Made by a program: the position numbers and the translations under genes | In this document: piece by piece, positions 8,601 through 14,846 of the stretch | Numbering within the stretch: position 1 is the stretch's first letter | How the letters are laid out: each line of letters begins with the position of its first letter | The notes under the pieces: generated by a model | Database searches by the model: none | The model's input: only the letters and a program-made list of their open reading frames with translations | Told to the model about the DNA's origin: nothing | Assembly (NCBI GenBank): GCA_045105515.1 | Contig: JBGCDR010000128.1 | Location: forward strand, 1-16,665 | Direction: 5' to 3' | Length of the DNA stretch: 16,665 nucleotides | DNA from: Oligoflexales bacterium | GTDB taxonomy: Bacteria; Bdellovibrionota_B; Oligoflexia; Oligoflexales; Bog-1112

Positions 8601-10356
8601 GAGCATTATTCCGTCTTTTGAACATCTCACTTTGGCCCAGGATTCGAGTCTCAATAAATTCTTCGGTTAAGATTCCTTCAAGACTTGAGCTAGTTATTGG
8701 TTGTGCCGTGCGAATGTTATCCAAACAAATAAAGTCACTATTTTTAGAGGATGCACCTATCCTTTTCTCAAGCTCAAGATCATCATGGGTATAGGTAACC
8801 CGTGAATAGCTAGCTCCACTTGCTACATAAGAGCATGTTTTTGCAAGAGTAGATTTACCAAGGTTAACCTTATTGCCTAAAACAGTTCCGAGAGGGTGTT
8901 CACCTACGAACTGCTCGCGCAAGAAAACGCAGGTCAGTAGAAGGCCAAGGGCATTTGAGAACTGAGAATCATCCTTAAACGGAAAGTCTAATACTTCCCG
9001 CAGATGCTCCATAGAAAAAGAGGGGGTGAGCTTGGGACCGTCGTAATATATGCGAGAGTCTTTATCATAACCTCGGTCATAAATCAGTTTATTCCCTGAA
9101 ATAACAGGACATTTGGTATAAAGAGTGATCTTATCAAGATTGGCATATTTTTCCATTTTGGTCAGAAAAGCGCTACCTATTTCACTGGGTATTAACTGAT
9201 GATTGATAGACATATCGAAGCCAATAGCTTTTTTAGAGGCCTTAATAAAATCTATTTTATCTGACATATATGCAGCGAAATCTTTACCATCAGGAATCCT
9301 ATTTAATTGCTCACGATTGATATAAGCTAAGTTGTAGGTTCCATCTTCGATGTAAATCCGATCCTTAGAATCAAGGCACCTACCAACCTTCGTATATAGT
9401 TCTCTTGTTGAGTCTACATGCGGGAGCCAAAAAATCTTTGCAAACTTGCTTTCCTCTTTTGGCATCTGGCTGTAGAAAGCCTTTTTGATCTTAGTAAAAA
9501 GCCCCTTGATATCTTTAAAGCTGCTACTTGGGTAAGACTTAGCAAGAGCTTTCAAAAGCTGAGCCAGTTCAAACTCTTCAAGGAAAATTGCACTCCTTAA
9601 GTATTTGTCGAGGCAGTCCCTGCCAATCTCTTTTGGTATGTCCTCGTGGTCAGCCTTGCCAAATTCCCAAAAAGGCTTATCACTTCGGCGTTTTAATTCC
9701 TCGTATCCTTTTTTAATCAGGAAATCATCGGCTCCAATCTTTTCATCACCAAGCCTCAAGTCAACAATTTTTACTTCTGCACCCATCTGGTGTATGGTGC
9801 GCACAAATTCGAGGATACCCTTATTGACCTGCGGGTTAGTGAAAAAATCGCTATCCGGATAGACGGTTACTGGCCTATTTTCCATGGGAATTCCACCCCA
9901 TCCTTCGCCTAGTCCTTCGCTATCTTTTTCCTTCCAATTGCGGCACCCAGGAAAGCCGATGCATACGGCATCCTCACGATCACGTTTTTTTTCACAGGAC
10001 TCATTAAAAGCTTCAAGTTCAGCCCTGAGCTTAGCGACTTTCTTCTCACCCTCTGTGACCTTTAACTCGACGTCTTCATCTTTAAGATCAGTAGCATCAT
10101 CCTTATTAAAATATGAGGTGAGGGAAGAGCCTTTTTCCTGAGCGTACTTAACGTCACCTACTGGCTTCTCAAGCTTAAGCCTTCCCCCTACTTCGTTTCC
10201 GTCTAGATCGTGATAAGGAAAATAAATCCCCTCAACATCAAAGTTAAAGCGCGCCTTTACATCTTCAGCGCTCAGACTCTTGATACCAAAAGCTTCAACA
10301 TCTTCCTTACTTAATCCACTCTGCTCTAGTAATTTAATATGTTTATCAAGAATCAT
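5608..10356 (-). CDS. Fused primase (Toprim, DUF3854-like) / P-loop helicase-like / 3'-5' exonuclease / family A DNA polymerase
   Basis: Toprim: GIYFPY, KYAQ, VTEGEKK, YPDSD, GADDFL. NTPase: NLGKST, ICLDN, FATLN. Exo I/II/III: FDVET, AHNIAFD, YNAFD. PolA: TGR...PNLQQIP, motif A ADYSSAEL, motif B RQYGKIANFG, NTPFQG, motif C VHDE. The ORF track starts at 10434; ATG 10356 (MILDK, 1582 aa) is preferred because it couples to the upstream stop. Confidence 0.92.
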   Translation of the reverse strand: MILDKHIKLLEQSGLSKEDVEAFGIKSLSAEDVKARFNFDVEGIYFPYHDLDGNEVGGRLKLEKPVGDVKYAQEKGSSLTSYFNKDDATDLKDEDVELKVTEGEKKVAKLRAELEAFNESCEKKRDREDAVCIGFPGCRNWKEKDSEGLGEGWGGIPMENRPVTVYPDSDFFTNPQVNKGILEFVRTIHQMGAEVKIVDLRLGDEKIGADDFLIKKGYEELKRRSDKPFWEFGKADHEDIPKEIGRDCLDKYLRSAIFLEEFELAQLLKALAKSYPSSSFKDIKGLFTKIKKAFYSQMPKEESKFAKIFWLPHVDSTRELYTKVGRCLDSKDRIYIEDGTYNLAYINREQLNRIPDGKDFAAYMSDKIDFIKASKKAIGFDMSINHQLIPSEIGSAFLTKMEKYANLDKITLYTKCPVISGNKLIYDRGYDKDSRIYYDGPKLTPSFSMEHLREVLDFPFKDDSQFSNALGLLLTCVFLREQFVGEHPLGTVLGNKVNLGKSTLAKTCSYVASGASYSRVTYTHDDLELEKRIGASSKNSDFICLDNIRTAQPITSSSLEGILTEEFIETRILGQSEMFKRRNNAQFFATLNDGVICDDLLTRSITIELAHERKLKDANPLAYVKQNRNAVLSELLGLVLNWQKAGCPKENVHFPKYPKWAAFVNGILKVNGFNGFLSNYRDILGKLSPDISLMLDVGSEELYRTGATETEAAPAKQWRAKAEEINPKFFRDTPRPQGKNTKVGNILRKMKGKAFPYITEDEDEVEITVDTVPGKVGGNSRDYLFRLSSSNLPAGPSDGPCRTLGVKRVRANSEIETESYKDRRTLSGFLDPLENSDAKKISGKNSGSSKRGLKGSIIASEELKDNVNTGEIDRTLIIDEGPEGPAENWDTPLKDLPIYKLKGKVYASKWWSGENLGKNFSFDVETELIEGGYIPQIVLASAFNGKELFFIEVHQLKEFAKTHEHSNWIAHNIAFDFMTLSNQIHNRQWGLEQAAKKKGLDTWLLARLINLATEGDAENKKGKYTLATLCKDKLDITLPKEAEVDGKEVRTSYGDYLGRIKEAPAAYFHYNAFDTIATYFLWSKLEFEAKNIVAKHGLDESKLLSHFVQVGDALAAFNTSNLGFRVDTEKAKENGAILRNRLEQIDQTLLEKYDYAGGKGQKERFNKAMENIEAEQNIRFPRFLDGVTGKEMISQKKAALKPFKGIEFLDLWQERQHNNKLLKMSVTPLEKVTRIHPHISILKNTGRNAMSKPNLQQIPREKDLVDMRAQLIASEGKTLYIADYSSAELVTLAQVCLDRYGFSKLSDAINQGQDVHKLTASRFLGKPVDQVSKGERQYGKIANFGLPGGLGFKRLVDFARDSYGVTINEQQAKAIKEAWLQSFPEMKLYLEESDKQLAKKLLLIEHPCNFPNGAALHGFFRMLEGYSGTATTDREYGEKEVDWAWENAAAVVAKYDKFKAYKKSVDARKPNIQFVKALKNSLTAVLPRSGRIRANCSYTEFNNTPFQGLLSDIANSAWFNLTRNGFEVPCVVHDEFVVQVDEKNFEEEAKRVDQLMIGAAKHYCPGVKMGVDGHFSRHWGKG
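7700..7977. repeat. Cluster of AGGGTCC(GGC) repeats in both orientations, candidate intragenic replication origin
   Basis: Nine exact AGGGTCC/GGACCCT copies start at 7703, 7712, 7730, 7789, 7880, 7929, 7946, 7956 and 7968, plus AGGGTCT at 7861, interspersed with A/T tracts. The repeats are certain; the origin function is inferred. Confidence 0.75.
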
Positions 10357-10699
10357 ACTCAACCTTTGCTCTCTCTTCTGCAAGCCCATAAGGCCCACAG
10401 ATATGCATCTCAATGTAAAAGTGTGGTGTACCAAGTGATCTATAAGCTGAGATAAGACCCTTTTTACCCTTCAGCTCGTAGATGGATTTTGCGATGATTT
10501 TAATTATTTCGATAAACTGTGATTCTAAGTCGCGAGAAATACAAAGGTGCTCAGAAGACAAAAATTTATTTACGCTTTTTAGTAGCTTTCTTAGCCACTT
10601 CAAAGTATAAACCTGCCTCATAAACTGATTTTTAGCTGGTTTGTAAAAGAATCCAGCTACGCCTGTTTGCACCAGGCGTTTCTCCAATTCTACTATCAT
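10346..10699 (-). CDS. Hypothetical protein (early region)
   Basis: 117 aa with GAGAGGA SD. Co-directional and tightly packed between the Cro-like gene and the replicase. Confidence 0.65.
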   Translation of the reverse strand: MIVELEKRLVQTGVAGFFYKPAKNQFMRQVYTLKWLRKLLKSVNKFLSSEHLCISRDLESQFIEIIKIIAKSIYELKGKKGLISAYRSLGTPHFYIEMHICGPYGLAEERAKVEYDS

Positions 10700-10716
10700 A
10701 ATATCCTCTCATTAAA

Positions 10717-10941
10717 TTATGCAGCTCCATTCAAGCTACTTTGTTTGTCTATAAAATCTTCCATAGCCTTTCTTATTTTTTCGCGATAAGTCTTGTTTGG
10801 GATGTTAAGATCCTTCCATTCATCCATCCGTTTTTTAGGAATACCGGCATGCTCAAGGATAAGCTCTTCGAGAGTAATAGTTCCTCCCATAGCTTCAAAT
10901 TTTTGTAGCATCAAATCCCAGTACTCATTTGGCGTAAACAT
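10717..10941 (-). CDS. Small XRE/Cro-like HTH DNA-binding protein
   Basis: 74 aa with strong AAGGAGG SD. TLEEL...AGIPKKRMDEWK...P..TYREKIRKAM fits the Cro/cI-type HTH pattern. Lies upstream of replication genes. Confidence 0.55.
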   Translation of the reverse strand: MFTPNEYWDLMLQKFEAMGGTITLEELILEHAGIPKKRMDEWKDLNIPNKTYREKIRKAMEDFIDKQSSLNGAA

Positions 10942-10981
10942 AACCCCTCCTTATTAGCTCACCTCGATCTAATAAAATCCT

Positions 10982-11362
10982 TCAGCTTGCTTGGTTGATC
11001 ATGAAAGCGGTTAACCTATCACTCATATCCCTTAGCCTTTGGTAGCTACTAATAAGGACATCCTCCGGCATCTGGAACCAAAGGGAGGTTTCACGAAGTA
11101 TTTTTTTTACCTCTAGAATGTCGATTGGTACGAAGCCTGAGCTTTGCATTTGATAAGAATTACAGACAAAATCCTTGATTGACCGACGATACCTTTGAAC
11201 CTGCTCCTCAAAATACAGGCATTCACGTTTTACTTTTGATAGTTGTCTACTTTTACTCTTCATTTTTAGCACCATATTTAAAATCTGAATCAGGGATCTT
11301 GTAGTTAATAAGGATGATTTTTCAACGTATTCTTCTGTAATTATGAAGAATATTGAGGACAA
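10982..11362 (-). CDS. Hypothetical protein; start uncertain (TTG 11362 or a downstream ATG)
   Basis: 126 aa ORF, first gene of the leftward arm. GAGG/AAGGA lies just upstream of the TTG. Predicted helical, no family recognised. Confidence 0.5.
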   Translation of the reverse strand: MSSIFFIITEEYVEKSSLLTTRSLIQILNMVLKMKSKSRQLSKVKRECLYFEEQVQRYRRSIKDFVCNSYQMQSSGFVPIDILEVKKILRETSLWFQMPEDVLISSYQRLRDMSDRLTAFMINQAS

Positions 11363-11437
11363 TCCTTACCTCGGTATTTTGATTCCAGTTGACTAGATTT
11401 ACCTACCAGGCTTGAAGTAAAGGTAAAAGTAAATTGA

Positions 11438-11463
11438 TCGGTCAGAAAAAAAAACCTGACCGA
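11438..11463. promoter_or_regulatory. Perfect inverted repeat TCGGTCAG-N10-CTGACCGA, candidate operator in the divergent control region
   Basis: 8-bp arms seen directly, spacer AAAAAAAAAC, inside the AT-rich intergenic region 11363-11556 between divergent HTH-encoding operons. Confidence 0.65.
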
Positions 11464-11556
11464 AATGTAAACTACGAAAATTCTTTAAAAATGATATATA
11501 AGGTACGAACTACTAATGTTGATAATTTCAGATGAAATAATTGGGCAAGTCAAATC

Positions 11557-12057
11557 GTGAATGAAATAAAAGATAAAATAAAGCACTTTCTACTTCAAAA
11601 AGATAAGCAATATGTCAATGCAATAAAAAATAACCAGACACCTCCTTCTATGAGTCAAATAGCCACAAATTTAAGCCGAAAATGTAATGTGGGAGTCCGT
11701 CGTTTAAGAAAATATCTAAGTGAGTCTCCCACGGATTTATCTATTTCTTTGGAAGATCTTCAGAATTTTTCGGATTTAGCAGGGCAAAATATAAGTTCTT
11801 ATATCGCATACTTATACGATGAGAAACTTGACTCGTCACTTAATCCACGCCAAATAAGGCTAATAGATTTTTTTGACAGGGTGCACCTAAGTCTTCGGCG
11901 TGAGCTGAATTTGACAATTTTCTCAGATAATGATGTTAAAAAAAGCGAAAAAATACTTGAGTTGCTGCCATGCTTATATAAACTTCAGCAAGTGGACATT
12001 GAGGTCATTGCTCATATTATCGAAGCTTTTAGATCAAAAAGCGAAAGGAATAAATAA
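11557..12057 (+). CDS. Putative XRE-like HTH regulator (cI position)
   Basis: 166 aa. LSRKCNVGVRRLRKYLS...ISLEDLQNFSDL resembles an XRE HTH. Divergent from the Cro-like gene. No S24 peptidase motifs seen. Confidence 0.5.
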   Translation: MNEIKDKIKHFLLQKDKQYVNAIKNNQTPPSMSQIATNLSRKCNVGVRRLRKYLSESPTDLSISLEDLQNFSDLAGQNISSYIAYLYDEKLDSSLNPRQIRLIDFFDRVHLSLRRELNLTIFSDNDVKKSEKILELLPCLYKLQQVDIEVIAHIIEAFRSKSERNK

Positions 12058-12326
12058 TGAAGAAGAAATATACACTAGCGGCAGTTTTCATTTCTCTTTT
12101 ACCCGTTTCTAATAGTTTGTTCGCCAAGAAAATAGGTTATCTAAGTGCTAAAAATAAAGGAAGTATATCGCTCTTATTAAGCACCATTTCTTCAGCGTTC
12201 TCCCCTTCTTTTGGTATGGAGTCGCTAATGCTTGATCAAGATATTACATCAAAAGCGCTTTGCGCAACTAACGACACCACAGGTGGCGGTGGTGGCGGTA
12301 CAGGTGGCGTTTGTAGTAGTGAGTAA
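12057..12326 (+). CDS. Small secreted-type peptide, candidate RiPP/signal precursor
   Basis: 89 aa. TAATG overlap with the upstream stop and AAAGGA SD. Sec-like signal MKKKYTLAAVFISLLPVSNSLFA. C-terminal CATNDTTGGGGGGTGGVCSSE. Same operon as YcaO. Confidence 0.7.
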   Translation: MKKKYTLAAVFISLLPVSNSLFAKKIGYLSAKNKGSISLLLSTISSAFSPSFGMESLMLDQDITSKALCATNDTTGGGGGGTGGVCSSE

Positions 12327-12354
12327 AAACAATTAAAACTCTCAGGATAAAATA

Positions 12355-13956
12355 ATGATTAGATGCCCAGTTCTCATTCGTCTTTTTATAGGTTTGTATA
12401 TTTGTTTTTCATACGAAAAATCTTCAGCAAACTCGAATTTATCTGATTTAGAATCGAAAGCTAAGTTAATATTAGATAAAAATGAACCCACTCTCATCAA
12501 CACAGTGTCGGGAGTATTTGGTTCTTTTGACCCTTTAGATGCTGATTATACTAAAAATATTAGGGTTATGAGATTATTGTATTCAACTCCTGTTGAAAAG
12601 GATGAAAATGGTAAACTTAGCTCTTCTATTTTAGATAGATTTGAGTACAACGAAGTCTTAAAAACTCTAACCTTTCAACTAAAGTCAGGCTTAAATTTTA
12701 GCGATGGTTCAAGTATAACATTAGATGATTTGAAACTGTCCATCCTAAGAATGCTCCACGAGCGACCTACATTTGATCCCCTTAAATATATTGAAGGTAT
12801 TGATAAATGGCAGGCTCACGGGAAAAAATTAGACACCTTACCTTCTGGGTTATCGTTGAATGAGAAGACTAGAACGTTGACAATCAAGTTATCTCAACAT
12901 GTAAACCACCCTTTTGAACGTTTTACGATGGAAATATTCTCCGTAATTCCCAAAAAATGTATTGATACAAAGTCAGCGAAGATGATTTGCGCAACACCGC
13001 CTTTTTCAGGAGATTATACACTTGAAGAGAATGATTCTCCATTTTTAAAATTTAGAAAAAGAAGCTCAAATAAAAATATTCCTGACAGGTTAAATATAGT
13101 ATTCATGTCTCCAGTTAGAGTTATCAAGTATTTAGAAAATTTTAGATCGAATCATGTAATCTTATCGAATGAAATAGATATTCCTCCAGAACATCGCTTC
13201 TTTATAAAAAGTAAATTTAGGGACAATAGTATACCTGAAGTAAGGTTTTTTGCATTGGTTCTGAATAAACGAACCAAAACATTTGAGAATAAAAGAGTAA
13301 GACAATATTTTGCTAAAGAGTACCGATCAACTCTTAATAAATTATTTGGCAGGGAAGATGGAAGCATCTTCACACAAATAAGTCCTGGCTATATATCATT
13401 AGGAGATCTTTATGATAAAGCCGGGAATTTTTCAAAAAAAGAAGAGCAAGAGATAAGAAATCATTTAAAAACTCATCCCCCAAAATGGATGAAAAATAGC
13501 TTCGCAAACCATGACCCTTTCCAAATATATCTTAAAGAAACATTAAAAAGGTTGGGTATTAGTGAATCTCCAATCCTTCCAGAAAAAGATAGAAAAAAAG
13601 AGATGGAACTTTGGAAAAAGGGGGAATTTGATATTAGACCAACCCACTCTGGCTTGGATACTAATGACCCAACTTTAGACCTTAAAATGTTATTCACAAA
13701 AAACATGCATTACTTTTTGATTGACTTACAGGATGACATCCACCTGCAACAAATGCTTGGCTCAATAAATCATACTCAGGTAAAGAAAATGGATATAAAT
13801 CTACTGAAAAAAATAAATCAATATCTGTTTGAAGAGTCAGTATTTTCAATTGTCGCAAATTACTCGATAGGTCAATACACGCTGAAGGATAGCAAATTAA
13901 AATTTACAAATGTATATAAGACCAACTCAGCACATTATTTCATCAATACTCCATGA
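12355..13956 (+). CDS. Family 5 (OppA/DppA-like) extracellular solute-binding protein, orphan
   Basis: 533 aa with a signal-like N-terminus. FDPLDA, LLYSTPV, TLTFQLKSGLNFSDGSSITLDDL (family 5 signature region) and PPFSGDY (GTGPY-like). No permease or ATPase adjacent. Confidence 0.88.
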   Translation: MIRCPVLIRLFIGLYICFSYEKSSANSNLSDLESKAKLILDKNEPTLINTVSGVFGSFDPLDADYTKNIRVMRLLYSTPVEKDENGKLSSSILDRFEYNEVLKTLTFQLKSGLNFSDGSSITLDDLKLSILRMLHERPTFDPLKYIEGIDKWQAHGKKLDTLPSGLSLNEKTRTLTIKLSQHVNHPFERFTMEIFSVIPKKCIDTKSAKMICATPPFSGDYTLEENDSPFLKFRKRSSNKNIPDRLNIVFMSPVRVIKYLENFRSNHVILSNEIDIPPEHRFFIKSKFRDNSIPEVRFFALVLNKRTKTFENKRVRQYFAKEYRSTLNKLFGREDGSIFTQISPGYISLGDLYDKAGNFSKKEEQEIRNHLKTHPPKWMKNSFANHDPFQIYLKETLKRLGISESPILPEKDRKKEMELWKKGEFDIRPTHSGLDTNDPTLDLKMLFTKNMHYFLIDLQDDIHLQQMLGSINHTQVKKMDINLLKKINQYLFEESVFSIVANYSIGQYTLKDSKLKFTNVYKTNSAHYFINTP

Positions 13957-14846
13957 TAGACTTAATAAAAAAATATTATTACTGCTATCTACTTGAAAGT
14001 ATCAGGAATTCGAGATTCCCTCCTAAAAAGGAACAAATGCAGTCGTTTGGTTCATTGTTTATCAGTAATCTTGCGTTTGCAAATAATTTCAACACTGCTA
14101 TTTCTGAGGACGTTGCTTCAGGAGTATCTAACACTCATCTGGAAGCATTCGCAAAATCTATGTCGGAATATGTAGAAAGAGTTGCATTTAGAGAAGGAAA
14201 GAAGAACGGTCAATCGCTATGTCAAACTAATAGAAGTGAGGGATTTGCAGCTTATCCCTACTTGTCTTTTAATAAAAATAAAGCGCTTGATCTAGTAAGA
14301 GAAATTTCTTTGTGCGAAAGTATTGAAAGATTCTCATGGCCATATTTTTGGTCTGACAAATCAGTCAAGTTTGAGGTGCAGGATTGTAAAAAATCAACCC
14401 TAAACGAGATCAGCAACCTAACTGGAATTGCAAGTATCCAACATGTTTTTCCTGCTTTAAATAGCGATAAGGTTTTGTGTATATCTATCGCTAAAATAGG
14501 TTCCCAAGGTGCTATTTTAGGGGCTAGTTGCTCGAATGCTAGGAGTAGTGCTATCACAGGGTCTATTCATGAGCTTATAAAGCATTACATTGGCTTAAAA
14601 AAAATAAACGGCTATACAGTTATAGAATCAGACTACATAAAAAGACTTCACCATTTGTCTAAAGTAGGATTTTCGCTTTATCAAGAAAGACTATCGTTTA
14701 AAGGTACAAATACAATTCATTTACCAAGCCTAGAAATGGATGGTCTTGTAACCCATCCCTTCGATCGATATTTTCTTGTTTACAGAACGAGATTTAAAGA
14801 TCAAGTGGAATTTATTTCAGAATCTTTAAATCTCGGATATATATAG
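13953..14846 (+). CDS. YcaO-like ATP-dependent peptide backbone-modifying enzyme (short, stand-alone)
   Basis: 297 aa. SGVS...EAFAKSMSEYVER (Sx3Ex2ER), RSEGFAA (SNGxAA-like), SLCESIER and LGASC...AITGSIHEL occur in YcaO order. ATGA overlap with the upstream gene. Confidence 0.8.
   Translation: MIDLIKKYYYCYLLESIRNSRFPPKKEQMQSFGSLFISNLAFANNFNTAISEDVASGVSNTHLEAFAKSMSEYVERVAFREGKKNGQSLCQTNRSEGFAAYPYLSFNKNKALDLVREISLCESIERFSWPYFWSDKSVKFEVQDCKKSTLNEISNLTGIASIQHVFPALNSDKVLCISIAKIGSQGAILGASCSNARSSAITGSIHELIKHYIGLKKINGYTVIESDYIKRLHHLSKVGFSLYQERLSFKGTNTIHLPSLEMDGLVTHPFDRYFLVYRTRFKDQVEFISESLNLGYI

Noticed and set aside
5248..10141. Short ORFs 5248-5448, 6198-6482, 6244-6492, 6701-6895, 9418-9600, 9605-9862 and 9884-10141
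   Set aside because: Overlap or lie antisense to the paralogue or replicase genes, with no motifs of their own.
10357..10434. N-terminal extension of the replicase given by the ORF track
   Set aside because: It would overlap the upstream gene by 89 nt. ATG 10356 gives a short coupled overlap and begins at the primase-like region.
12057..14846. Classical microcin B17/TOMM antibiotic cluster
   Set aside because: No McbB/E1-like scaffold, flavin dehydrogenase, ABC exporter or immunity gene in the window. The partners are sensory proteins.
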